From: an uncultured Akkermansia sp.
Lineage (GTDB): Bacteria > Verrucomicrobiota > Verrucomicrobiia > Verrucomicrobiales > V1-33
Direction of reading: 5' to 3'
Assembly: GCA_964605435.1 (NCBI GenBank)
Contig: CAZSDE010000001.1
Span: 1-43,310, forward strand
Length of the DNA stretch: 43,310 bases
Shown here: positions 8,793-18,237 of the stretch, in pieces
Layout: each line of letters starts with the position of its first letter
How positions within the stretch are numbered: the stretch's first letter is position 1
The notes under the pieces: model-generated
Databases searched by the model: none
What the model saw: the letters and a program-made list of their open reading frames with translations, nothing else
Told to the model about the DNA's origin: nothing
Made by a program: the position numbers and the translations under genes

Positions 8793-9611
8793 TCATAGCC
8801 CTCCCAGAAGACGGAGCACCGGAAGCACCGCTTCCCGTACCTCCCGCACGGATCCGTCCAGCCCGGCGGTCACCCGGTAAGGATGCGCCGATGCCAGCTG
8901 CGCCCGCTGCGCTGCCAGCCACCCATCCTTCAAACGGGTGGAAATGTTGACTTTGCGCACGCCACCCCGACGCACCGCCCGCACCACATCAGCTTCCGCA
9001 ATCCCCGTACCTCCATGCAGCACCAAGGGAACCGACGGCCTCTCGGCATGCACCCTTTCCAGCAGATCATGCCGCAGCTCGCACGGCCGGTCCCCATAAT
9101 GCCCATGCCGCGTCCCCACCCCCACCGCCACCATCGCGGCACCACTCTCATCCATGAACCGCAGCACCTCAGCCACCCGCGGCATCACTGCCTCGTCCCC
9201 ATAAACCGCAAACCCATCTTCCTCTCCGCCCACTACCCCGATCTCTCCCTCGACGAGGGCACCATAACGCGCCGCAAGTTCCACCACGGCCCTCGTCTCC
9301 CGGATGTTCTCCTCCAGCGGCAACCCACTCGCATCCATCATCACACTGTCCCACCCAGCCTCCAGACAATCCCGGATCATCCCCACGTCCCCGCAATGAT
9401 CCAAATGCAGCTTCACCCGCCCACGCAATCCCTCCGGCACCAGCGCCCGCACCATCCCTCCAAGCACCCCCGCCGAATAAAACCGCACCGTCGCCGCCGA
9501 CGTCTGCAGAAAACAGCCTCCCCCAGCCTCCTCAACCCCAGCCACCACCCCAAGCACCGTCTCCGCATTGAACACGTTGAAGGCCGCCACCGCTCGATCC
9601 GGAAATTTCAC
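8793..9611 (-). CDS. class II (metal-dependent) ketose-bisphosphate aldolase family protein
   Basis: AFNVFNAE..., HLDHC, GEIG..GGEEDG, THGHY and LVLHGGTG blocks of FBA class II/GatY/KbaY-type aldolases. GTG start at 9611, preceded by a G7 run, with an in-frame TGA just upstream. Confidence 0.8.
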   Translation of the reverse strand: MKFPDRAVAAFNVFNAETVLGVVAGVEEAGGGCFLQTSAATVRFYSAGVLGGMVRALVPEGLRGRVKLHLDHCGDVGMIRDCLEAGWDSVMMDASGLPLEENIRETRAVVELAARYGALVEGEIGVVGGEEDGFAVYGDEAVMPRVAEVLRFMDESGAAMVAVGVGTRHGHYGDRPCELRHDLLERVHAERPSVPLVLHGGTGIAEADVVRAVRRGGVRKVNISTRLKDGWLAAQRAQLASAHPYRVTAGLDGSVREVREAVLPVLRLLGGL

Positions 9612-9690
9612 CCCCCCAACTCACACCCACACACATGAGCCGAACATTAGGAAACGGAGTTCATGAGTTCTCAGTCACAATTTCGTGGCC

Positions 9691-9720
9691 AAAAAAAGGG
9701 AGGTCACCCGAGCCGACCCC
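9691..9720 (-). terminator. possible intrinsic terminator at the end of the long glycan operon
   Basis: Minus strand reads GGGGTC-GGCTCGGGT-GACCTCCC-TTTTTTT. The stem is 6 bp with one bulge, overlaps the TGA stop (9704-9706), and is followed by T7. Confidence 0.4.
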
Positions 9721-10459
9721 AGAATTCCTTCCATGGATGCACCATCCACGCTCCCGCGCGGACCAGTTCATCGATCCCATCCGGCGGTCGACCCGATGGC
9801 TTCACAAAGACTGACTGGTCCGCCAGATTCCGCACCCGGTACCCCAGATGATGCGCAAGGGTCGGAATGATCACCTCGAGATAGAATGCCGCCCCCTCTT
9901 CCACAGCGGCCACCGCTTCAAAGGCATCACGACGCCAGAAAGACACACATCCCAGCATCGCCAGCGCCACCCCACCCTCAGCACGCACACTGACCCGACC
10001 CACCAGCCCGCGAAACCCCGCGTCTGCCTCATGGTACAGAAAATGAGGATGATTCGTCCCGTCAATCCGCTCCACCCCGCACCCCAGCACATCCGCTTCC
10101 TCCGCTGCCATCCGCTCCCGCAGCAGTTCCACCAGATCCCGGCGCAGCGGAATGCAGTCGAACTCCGCAAACAAGACCGTCTCATACTGCTCCCGACTCG
10201 CGAGCCAGCCACGGATGGCCCGGAACACCCCATGAAATGACTGCCTCTCCCGCTGGTGATCACTCGTCCGCAGCCGGCCATCCACCACCAGCACCGCCTC
10301 GCTCACTCCCACCCCAGCCAATTCCGCAAAGGCTGCCTCCGACCCACCATACACCACAAGGACATCGCTGCCCCCGCAGAAATCGCGCCACCACGCCACC
10401 ATCCGACCCACCTCAGCGGGAGTCTGATGCGTCAGGATCGCTGTGAGATGACGGTTCAT
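9704..10459 (-). CDS. hypothetical protein, last gene of the glycan operon (possibly GT-A-like; function unknown)
   Basis: Coding-like G/C-ending codon usage. Start set at ATG 10459 (MNRHLTAILTHQTPAEV). I could not recognise any family signature with confidence. Confidence 0.55.
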   Translation of the reverse strand: MNRHLTAILTHQTPAEVGRMVAWWRDFCGGSDVLVVYGGSEAAFAELAGVGVSEAVLVVDGRLRTSDHQRERQSFHGVFRAIRGWLASREQYETVLFAEFDCIPLRRDLVELLRERMAAEEADVLGCGVERIDGTNHPHFLYHEADAGFRGLVGRVSVRAEGGVALAMLGCVSFWRRDAFEAVAAVEEGAAFYLEVIIPTLAHHLGYRVRNLADQSVFVKPSGRPPDGIDELVRAGAWMVHPWKEFWGRLG

Positions 10460-10730
10460 GCGGAAAATCCGGCTCGGGATGGGAAGAAAATCCCAGTTCC
10501 TGACGCCAGTACGTGAGCCGCTCCTGCGGCAGAAAATGCGGCCGCAGCCTTGCCTCCTCCAACCCAATCACATGCAGCCGACCACGCCACGGCAGCACTA
10601 GGGCCTTGCCCGCACAGCGCCCTGTCCGCTGATCCGTGATCCGCGCCCCGAAAACACCCACCGCCAGACGAAGCACCACCTTGCCCAGCCGCTTCAGCAA
10701 TCTAGCCATAAAATAAAGTCGTCCCCGCAT
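10413..10730 (-). CDS. small hypothetical protein (uncertain)
   Basis: 105-aa ORF (alternative ATG at 10709, MARLLKRLGK...) with host-like G-ending codon bias. It fills the gap after the Wzy-like gene. Its 3' end overlaps the next gene by 47 nt in another frame. Confidence 0.35.
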   Translation of the reverse strand: MRGRLYFMARLLKRLGKVVLRLAVGVFGARITDQRTGRCAGKALVLPWRGRLHVIGLEEARLRPHFLPQERLTYWRQELGFSSHPEPDFPHEPSSHSDPDASDSR

Positions 10731-10771
10731 TCCCAGCCCTCAGCGGGAATCTCTGGAGAACCGAGTTCCAT

Positions 10772-12355
10772 TCACACCCGCGCCGGAGCCCCCATGCCAG
10801 CCGGCCGCGGCCGCCGCGCCACCGGTTCCGGCCGCGCCGCCTCAGGCTCGCGCTCCGGAATCGCCAGCCGCGCCAGTTCCTCCTCCTCGCGGCGATAGAT
10901 CATCAGCGCCCCCACCACGCTGAACATGAACCAGATGAAGAAATTCACAGGGTACGTCGACAGCTGCGCCCCATTGGCCAGACCACCTGCGGTGACACTC
11001 AAGGCCGCCGCCAGACACCCCGCCGCCATGTCCCGAACCAACCCTGGTGGTTCCTCGAAAATAAACCGATGCATCCGGCTCAGCATCCATCCGGCCATCC
11101 CCAGCGCCACGAAGATCGGCACATACCCATACCGCAGCAGCGTGTCCGTGAAAAGGTCGTGCGACTCCACCTGCGACAGCACCGCCTTCTCATTGTATGA
11201 ACTGAACCGCAATCCCAGCGGCGTCCACACCTTCGAATTGGTCACCAGCGCGTTGAAGCCCTCCAGACGGTCGTTGAGCGTGGAGATATTCGTGGTCTGA
11301 CTCCACTCGTCCGTCCGCTTCTGACTGTAGATGTCCTCACTGATCTTGTTCAGAATCTTATGACGCAGCAGATACGGCGAGGCGAGCACAATCGCCACCA
11401 CCGCCGCCAGCGAAAGCGCATAGCCCGCCACCGTCAGAAAGCGTCGCTTGAAAAACCACACGGCCACAATCGCCACCACGCAACTCACCCAGCCCATCCG
11501 GCTGAACGTTCCATACATCGCCACCCCGATCGGAATGATGAGCAGAAACCGGCTCACCGGATTGCTCTGCCGCTCATAGGGCGGATCACTCCGGTATTTC
11601 CATACCCCGGAACAGATCAAGGCCAGCATCAGTCCGAAAACCGATGACGCATTCGCCGCCGAATTCATCGTCCCGAAAAACCGGAACTGCCGCTCCATGA
11701 GCTGGCGGATCTCCCCAGTCAGGCCGCTCTTCAGATAGTCCATCTCCCAATCGAACACACTCCCCCGGAAGAAGTGGATCAGCAGGTAGATGATCGCCGG
11801 AATGTAAATGATGATGCAGGCCTTGAGCAGCTTCTTCAGCTCTCCGGGCGTCTGAAACAAAGCCGGCACCGTGAAGAGCAGCAGCAGATAAATTGCCGCA
11901 TTGACCCCATCGCCCAGACTCCGGAATCCCCCACGGTTGCCCGTCAGCGACAGCACCAGCAGCAAAGCCGACGCCCCCACACTCACAAAGGTCAGCAGCA
12001 ATTGGCCCGGACGCGGCACCGTCCTTCCGATGAACTGCTGGTAGATCACACTCACCGCAATCCCCACGAGCGTGCATGGCGCAATTCCCAGCACATAATA
12101 CAGATCCAACCGGCTCAGACCCGAATCGAAAATCATGAGCCGCTTGAAGTAATCAAGGTAGGCCGTCAGAAACAGCAGCACGTAAAACGCCTTCCGGGGA
12201 TTCAGCAGGCCATACACCCCGCTCGCCACCATCATGTACATGTACGACCGCGCCACGGCGTTGCCGCCCGACGTGAAAATGTCAAAGGCCACCCACAAGG
12301 CCGCAAAAAGCAGCGCAAACGTGGCGAAGATCCGGACAATGGCGTTGCTGTTCAT
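10772..12355 (-). CDS. O-antigen polymerase/ligase-like (Wzy-type) polytopic membrane protein
   Basis: About 10 or more hydrophobic segments. The central FSRMGWVSCVVAIVAVWFF resembles the Wzy_C/O-antigen ligase block. Proline/arginine-rich cytoplasmic tail. ATG at 12355 (the ORF-track start at 12367 is TTG). Confidence 0.65.
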   Translation of the reverse strand: MNSNAIVRIFATFALLFAALWVAFDIFTSGGNAVARSYMYMMVASGVYGLLNPRKAFYVLLFLTAYLDYFKRLMIFDSGLSRLDLYYVLGIAPCTLVGIAVSVIYQQFIGRTVPRPGQLLLTFVSVGASALLLVLSLTGNRGGFRSLGDGVNAAIYLLLLFTVPALFQTPGELKKLLKACIIIYIPAIIYLLIHFFRGSVFDWEMDYLKSGLTGEIRQLMERQFRFFGTMNSAANASSVFGLMLALICSGVWKYRSDPPYERQSNPVSRFLLIIPIGVAMYGTFSRMGWVSCVVAIVAVWFFKRRFLTVAGYALSLAAVVAIVLASPYLLRHKILNKISEDIYSQKRTDEWSQTTNISTLNDRLEGFNALVTNSKVWTPLGLRFSSYNEKAVLSQVESHDLFTDTLLRYGYVPIFVALGMAGWMLSRMHRFIFEEPPGLVRDMAAGCLAAALSVTAGGLANGAQLSTYPVNFFIWFMFSVVGALMIYRREEEELARLAIPEREPEAARPEPVARRPRPAGMGAPARV

Positions 12356-12438
12356 ATCAAGGGGCAACCCGGATCACGGCTCCGGATCAGTCGCCTCATT
12401 AACGGAAATTCCCGCGGCTTCCAACCGCAAATCCTCGC

Positions 12439-14355
12439 TCAGATCCGGATCCCGGGAGACAACTGCAGCCACCGCAGGAAACACAGCGTCCGCCAGAAAC
12501 TGTGGTCGTTCCCCGTCCGGCCTGCGAGCGTCCGCTCCCACAGCCTCCGCAGCCCCGCCGGATCAATCACCGCGGCAGCCTCCGCGGGAACCGACCCCAG
12601 AATCTCCTCCACCCACGGCCGCGCCTCGGCCAGCATGAGATTCCCGGGCGTATGAAACCCAATCTTGTCGCGCCGATCCAGAATCGCATCAGGGACAAGT
12701 CCCCGCATGGCTTCCCGGAACACCCGCTTCATGGTCCCATCTCCCCCTACAAGGTATTCCTCGGGCAACGAGAGCGCAAACTCGGCAAAGTCGACATGCA
12801 GAAACGGGACCCGGCTCTCCACAGACCACGCCATCGAATTCCGGTCCTCGAAATGCAGCAGCTGCGGAATGATGGTCCGGCTCAGTGTGTCCGCGAGCAC
12901 CCCCCGCATCCCATGGCCGTCCAGTTCGGCCTCGAGCCGACCCGTCCGCACTCCCGCAAAATACTCCCGCCGCATCCACGACGGCAGCAGTTCCTTCCCC
13001 ACCAGATGCCGCCCGGCATCGGCCACCCACCGGGGCAGCACATGACCCGCAGCCTGAAACCACGCACTCATGTGACCGCCTCCCGCATTCCGCCGCGACC
13101 CCCACAGCCTCGCCACCGCGCCCCACTCTCCTCTCCGCATCATCCCAGCCAGCCTCGCGGCAAAATAAATCGAATACCCCGCGAGCGTCTCGTCCCCACC
13201 CTGGCCATCCAGCACCACCGGAATCCCCACCTCCCGCACCTTCCGGAAAATCCGGTACTGCGCATAAATGCTCGTGCTCCCAAACGGTTCACCCTGCACC
13301 CGGATCAGCTCGTCAAGGTCCGCGGCCAGCTCAGCCGCCGTGAAATCGACGGTGTGCAGCTGCACCCGCGCACGATCCGCTGCCATCCTCGCCCAGCGTT
13401 CCTCACTCAGCGCAAAACCCTCGGGAACATAACTGAAGGCATGAATCTCCGCATCGGGCTCCAGCTTGCGCATGCACGCCACAATCGCCGACGAATCAAT
13501 CCCCCCGGATAAGGCCGCCCCCACCGGCACATCACTCCGCAGATGCAGCCGCACGCTCTCCAGAAACCGTTCCCGGATTCCCTCGGCCGCCTCCGCAAAG
13601 GAAATGCGCTGCGGCTCCGCAAGGGCAGGGGACCAGTACCGCACCGGTTCCCCAATCTTCGCCGCATCGATTTTCACCTTCACCCAATGACCCGGCGGCA
13701 GCTGCATCACCCCGCGGTGGAAGGTCGTCCGCCCGTCGTCGGATACCCCGAACCGCAGAAACTGATACACCACCTGAGGATCCAGTGGACCCCCGTCGAC
13801 TCCCAGACTCCGCAGGGTCTGCAGCTCGGACGCAAAAACGACCCCGCCGCCCGACTCCGCAAGATACAACGGCTTGATCCCGAAAGGATCCCGCCCCAGC
13901 AGGACCTCGCCGGCTTCCACATCCAGAAACGCAAAGGCAAACATCCCGCGCAGCAGCGGCAAGGCCGCCGCCCCACGCTGCCTCAGCAGCTCCAGCAGCA
14001 CTTCCGTGTCGGTCTCGGTCCGGAAAACTACCCCACCGGCTTCCAGCCCGGCCCGCAGTTCACGGTAATTGTAGATCTCTCCATTGAAACAAACGGCATG
14101 CTTCCCGTCCACCGTCAGCATCGGCTGGCGCCCCCGCGGCGAAAGATCCAGAATCGATAGCCTCCGGTGCGCCATCACCACCGATCCATCCCCAGACGGC
14201 ACCTCCGCACTCACCTCCGGCCGACCGCCCGGCCGCCAGACCAGAAACGCCCCGTCATCCGGCCCACGATGCCGCATGCCGGACGCCGCCGCCCCCAGCC
14301 GCTCCCTCACAGCAACGCTGCCGTTGCCCCCGATGACTCCCGCAATCCCGCACAT
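12439..14355 (-). CDS. asnB: asparagine synthase (glutamine-hydrolysing) family amidotransferase, paralog 1
   Basis: MCGIAG N-terminal nucleophile, GATase-II domain, and the SGGIDSS PP-loop of the AsnB synthetase domain. Confidence 0.9.
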   Translation of the reverse strand: MCGIAGVIGGNGSVAVRERLGAAASGMRHRGPDDGAFLVWRPGGRPEVSAEVPSGDGSVVMAHRRLSILDLSPRGRQPMLTVDGKHAVCFNGEIYNYRELRAGLEAGGVVFRTETDTEVLLELLRQRGAAALPLLRGMFAFAFLDVEAGEVLLGRDPFGIKPLYLAESGGGVVFASELQTLRSLGVDGGPLDPQVVYQFLRFGVSDDGRTTFHRGVMQLPPGHWVKVKIDAAKIGEPVRYWSPALAEPQRISFAEAAEGIRERFLESVRLHLRSDVPVGAALSGGIDSSAIVACMRKLEPDAEIHAFSYVPEGFALSEERWARMAADRARVQLHTVDFTAAELAADLDELIRVQGEPFGSTSIYAQYRIFRKVREVGIPVVLDGQGGDETLAGYSIYFAARLAGMMRRGEWGAVARLWGSRRNAGGGHMSAWFQAAGHVLPRWVADAGRHLVGKELLPSWMRREYFAGVRTGRLEAELDGHGMRGVLADTLSRTIIPQLLHFEDRNSMAWSVESRVPFLHVDFAEFALSLPEEYLVGGDGTMKRVFREAMRGLVPDAILDRRDKIGFHTPGNLMLAEARPWVEEILGSVPAEAAAVIDPAGLRRLWERTLAGRTGNDHSFWRTLCFLRWLQLSPGIRI

Positions 14356-14369
14356 GACAATGAAACCAA

Positions 14370-15524
14370 TTAATCCGTGCTACCAAACCCCGCAGGACCA
14401 CGACGGGCCACCGCCAGTTCCATGACCCGACCCAGCACCAGCTCACTGCGCCATGGCGCAATCGACGCCCGCACCGCTTCCCGCCGAGGTGCCCGCCCCA
14501 TCAGCCTGCGCACGGCTTCGCTCAGTTCCCCAAAATCCCCGAATTCCTCGGAATTCCCTCCCGGCGACAGAATGTGACCAGCCGGCTGCCCGCGCCGCAG
14601 CACCACCGGACACCCACACGCAAGGGCCTGCTGAATCCCAATCGACACCAGCGTAAACACCGCGGCCGCCGCCACTCCGAAGACTCCCTTCACTTCCTCA
14701 GCCTCCAGCACTGGCAATACCACCATCCGATCCGCCCAAGGACTCGCCGCCACCTGCCGCCGCAGCGCTCCACCACAATCATCCTCTCCCACCCCGGCCA
14801 GCACAAACCCCGCTCCCTCATCCTCACGCAGCACTTCCTCCGCCGCCGCAACCACCCGGTCCAGTTCCTTGGAAGGACTTGCCTTCGTCACCGTGCAGAA
14901 AATCCGGGGACACCTCGCCCGCAGCGCCACCACCGCCTCAGGACACCGCCCCCCGTCCGCTGCAAATACCTCCCCGTCATAACTCAAACCTGTCATCACC
15001 AGCTTCCCCTCCAGCAAGTCTCCACCAACCCCGCGCAGCATGGCTGCAGTATCCTCCGTCACCGCCGCCACCACATCCGCCCGCCGGAAAACTTCCCGCA
15101 GCCACGGGCGCTTCACCAGATGCCACAGCACCCGCGAACTCCGATGCCACGGCAGATCACTGATGAACGCCACCACCCGGCACGATTCCGGCAGCCGCCG
15201 CATCAGACTCACCCCCACCCCTCCAGCCGGCGCAAACAGAAAGGCCCAGTCAGGCCGGAAATCCCGCAGCCGAGCCACCATGCCGGCATCCCGCGGCACC
15301 ACCGTGTTCCGCCACCGCCAGTAACGACCCGTCCGCACCACCGCAAACGGACACCCCGCATCCACCGCCGCCCAGTTCCGTTCGTCGCGCACAATCGCCG
15401 CGTCGGTCGTAAACACCCGCACCTCATGCCCAGCCCGGTGCAGCGTCCGCGCGGTCACACTCTCCTGGTAGTTCAACCGATGATCAAAGGCCGACGCAAT
15501 CACCGCTATCTTCTCTGCTTTCAT
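14370..15524 (-). CDS. GT-B fold glycosyltransferase (GT4-like)
   Basis: Start at ATG 15524 (MKAEKIAVIAS...). Two Rossmann-like halves typical of group 1 glycosyltransferases, with a C-terminal half ending ..QQALACGCPVV. Family call by pattern only. Confidence 0.65.
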   Translation of the reverse strand: MKAEKIAVIASAFDHRLNYQESVTARTLHRAGHEVRVFTTDAAIVRDERNWAAVDAGCPFAVVRTGRYWRWRNTVVPRDAGMVARLRDFRPDWAFLFAPAGGVGVSLMRRLPESCRVVAFISDLPWHRSSRVLWHLVKRPWLREVFRRADVVAAVTEDTAAMLRGVGGDLLEGKLVMTGLSYDGEVFAADGGRCPEAVVALRARCPRIFCTVTKASPSKELDRVVAAAEEVLREDEGAGFVLAGVGEDDCGGALRRQVAASPWADRMVVLPVLEAEEVKGVFGVAAAAVFTLVSIGIQQALACGCPVVLRRGQPAGHILSPGGNSEEFGDFGELSEAVRRLMGRAPRREAVRASIAPWRSELVLGRVMELAVARRGPAGFGSTD

Positions 15525-15559
15525 CCAGATTTCCCCCAGACTCGGATTCTCCCGTCCCT

Positions 15560-16996
15560 TCAGGCCCGCCGCAGCCGGCCCAGCACCCGGCTCCGGAACC
15601 ACTCCCGCTCCATCTCCCCAGTCCACAGCAGCACCAGCGCCAAGGACCCCAGCAGCACCGCTTTAGCCAACACAAGGGCAGGGGAGATCTCCGCCGGCAG
15701 CCACGCCCCGGCCACCGTCACCACCAGCCCAGCCAGCACCACCGCCGCCACCCGGCCCCATTCGTGCGGCACCGGATACATCGCCTGACTCACCACCATC
15801 GAGAGCACAAAGTGCAGCAACGCAGCCAGCAGCGTCGCCGCCGCCGCCCCCATCAGCCCGAACCGCGGCACCAGCAGCCAATTCAGCAGAAGCGCCACCA
15901 CCGCAATCAGCACGTTCGTCCCCGCCACCCACCACATCCTCCGCCGGATCCACGCACCAGGCGCAAATATGTACATCTGAATCAGCAGAAACGCAGGACT
16001 CAGCCACACGAGCAAAGGCACCACCGGTCCGTAGTCGGCCCGCGTCAGCACCCGCACCACCTCGGGCGCAAACAACGAAAGCCCAGCCGTCCCCACCACC
16101 GCAAGTGAAACGAAAATCCGGAAAATCCTCGCCAGATGACCAGGCGTCTCCGGATCGTCCTGCCGCGCATACACCAAGGGCGTCAGCGCACTCCCGAACC
16201 CCAGCATCACCAACCCCGCCAACCCCGCCAGCCGCGTCCCCACCCCGAAAAGACCCACCGCGTCCCGGCCCATCTCCCACTCAATCACATACCGCGAAAT
16301 ATACTGATTCACAATCACTGCCAGACTCGATGGCACAATGGGAACACAGAAACGCAGCATCCGCCGCAGACAGCCCCAGTCGAACCGGAACCCGAACTCC
16401 CCTCCAGCTGCCAGCAGGGTAAACCCAATGCCCAGCGCCGAACCCGCCGCCATCCCATAAAGTACACCCGCCGCCCCCATGCCATATCGCCCCGTCAGCA
16501 CAACGGTCACAAGCAGCGAGAGCGCTGTCGTGGCCACGCTGACCAGACCGAATCTTCCCGGCCGCAGCATCCAGCGCAGCTGCTGCACCGCCACCACATA
16601 CACCCCACCCACCGCCATGCTCACCGCGGCGGCCCGCGCCGCTCCCACCCCCGGTGCGCCCCCCAGAAACCGCCGGGCCAGCAGCTCCGCTCCAAACCAG
16701 CCCACCAGTGCCGCCATCCCGAACACCACCGCCGTGAACCACAGACAGGTCGACGAATACCGGCAGCGCAGCTCCGCATCCCGCGTGTCCGCATACTCCC
16801 GCGCCAACCCATTGCTCATATCCAGTCCCACCAGCAGAGTCAGCACAGCCATCGCCCCCAGCAGCAGATCCAATAGCCCAATCTCCCCACGGCTCATGTA
16901 CGCCGTATAGACTGGCACCAGCAGCACCGTCAGACCCTTCGCAAGGACCGTGGCCACCCCGTACAAAGCGGAGTCCCTGAAAAATCGACCTACCAT
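15560..16996 (-). CDS. wzx: Wzx-type oligosaccharide flippase (MOP superfamily polysaccharide biosynthesis protein)
   Basis: 478 aa with about 12-14 TM helices. The N-terminus FRDSALYGVATVLAKGLTVLLVPVYT is typical of polysaccharide flippases. Confidence 0.75.
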   Translation of the reverse strand: MVGRFFRDSALYGVATVLAKGLTVLLVPVYTAYMSRGEIGLLDLLLGAMAVLTLLVGLDMSNGLAREYADTRDAELRCRYSSTCLWFTAVVFGMAALVGWFGAELLARRFLGGAPGVGAARAAAVSMAVGGVYVVAVQQLRWMLRPGRFGLVSVATTALSLLVTVVLTGRYGMGAAGVLYGMAAGSALGIGFTLLAAGGEFGFRFDWGCLRRMLRFCVPIVPSSLAVIVNQYISRYVIEWEMGRDAVGLFGVGTRLAGLAGLVMLGFGSALTPLVYARQDDPETPGHLARIFRIFVSLAVVGTAGLSLFAPEVVRVLTRADYGPVVPLLVWLSPAFLLIQMYIFAPGAWIRRRMWWVAGTNVLIAVVALLLNWLLVPRFGLMGAAAATLLAALLHFVLSMVVSQAMYPVPHEWGRVAAVVLAGLVVTVAGAWLPAEISPALVLAKAVLLGSLALVLLWTGEMEREWFRSRVLGRLRRA

Positions 16997-17028
16997 GATG
17001 ACAGGGAAGGGATTGGCTCCTCAAGGAT

Positions 17029-18198
17029 TCAGCGGCCACCGCCCGCCGCCCGTTCCGCCCGCCGCTTCGCCAGCGCCGCTTCGTAATCCGCCTTCACCGT
17101 CCCCACAATCAATTCAGGCCCGTGCCACCGCTCCACATAGGCCCGACCCCGCCTCCCACGCTCGGCCAGCCATTCCCGGCTCTTCCCCAGAACTTCCCGC
17201 AGCACGGCCGTCACCGACTCCGGATCAGCCCGGATCACCGGAACCTCACCAGCCATCCCCTCGGGAAGATACCCCAGGTCCTCATCCCGCAGGTAACAGA
17301 CCACCGGCTTCCCCAGCGCCATCAGCTCGGCCGACAAACCCCCATACCAGCCACACAGCAGCTGATCAATCAGCAGATCCGCCGATTCATAAATCTTCCG
17401 CGCCTCCCGCTGCGGCATCCCCTCGACCCTCGTGTACGAAAACGAAAAACCTTCTCCACGCAGCACCTCCAGCGCCGCTTCAATATACCGTGTCCCCTTC
17501 ACCAGCGCATTGCTCGGCGCATGCACAATCCGCAGCGGCCGATCCGTCCCGGTCTCCACTCCCACAAAGGACCATTCCCTGATATCCGGCTGCGCATACG
17601 GAAAAAACCGGGTCCGCGCCGGCAGCACATGCATCAGATCCGGATTCAATGCATAAATGATGTCCGCATAGCGATCCCACACCGCAATCCTCTTCCGGAT
17701 CCCTTCGTCCTGCTCACGCCGACGGTACTCAGGCTCCACCTCGGTCGCATGCGTGAAACGGAAATGCTCCCGGCAGTAATTCCACTGCCGCGCATCATCC
17801 CCCTGCCACGTCACCGCAATCACCCTGCCAGCCCTCCGCAGCACCGGCAGATCCCGAAGCTCCGCCCGCGCCGCATACAGATTGTACACCCGCTTCAATC
17901 CCCGCAGCAGGGCACTCCGCTTCTGAAAAAGAAGCCGGTCCGGATGCGGCGTCAGCGAGGACCCGAAATTGAAATGCACCACATCATAGTCCCGGCAAGC
18001 CTCGCGCAGCAAAGACCACCTCCGCCACTCAGCCACCAGAAACCGCCAGCCCCCGCGCCGCACCACCTCATCCGCCACATACCCAAACGGCGGATCCCCG
18101 AAAACCACACTCCAGCTGTCCAGACCAGCCGCCCGCTCCATCCTCGCAAGCGCCTGCGGATGGCTTCCCACCGCGGTAGGACAATGCAGTACACGCAT
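17029..18198 (-). CDS. GT-B fold glycosyltransferase-like protein
   Basis: Start at ATG 18198 (MRVLHCP...). The C-terminal half (RIVHAPSN...KGT......YESADLLIDQL..GWYGGLSAELMALGKPVV) resembles the nucleotide-sugar binding domain of GT-B enzymes. Confidence 0.6.
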   Translation of the reverse strand: MRVLHCPTAVGSHPQALARMERAAGLDSWSVVFGDPPFGYVADEVVRRGGWRFLVAEWRRWSLLREACRDYDVVHFNFGSSLTPHPDRLLFQKRSALLRGLKRVYNLYAARAELRDLPVLRRAGRVIAVTWQGDDARQWNYCREHFRFTHATEVEPEYRRREQDEGIRKRIAVWDRYADIIYALNPDLMHVLPARTRFFPYAQPDIREWSFVGVETGTDRPLRIVHAPSNALVKGTRYIEAALEVLRGEGFSFSYTRVEGMPQREARKIYESADLLIDQLLCGWYGGLSAELMALGKPVVCYLRDEDLGYLPEGMAGEVPVIRADPESVTAVLREVLGKSREWLAERGRRGRAYVERWHGPELIVGTVKADYEAALAKRRAERAAGGGR

Positions 18199-18237
18199 GA
18201 TCAATCCAGATTTCGAAAGCCCATCACCCACCCCACC

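Noticed and set aside
9612-9690. Sigma70 promoter for the aldolase operon.
   Set aside because: A TAATGT hexamer exists (9644-9649), but no acceptable -35 lies at 16-18 nt spacing. The promoter is left uncalled.
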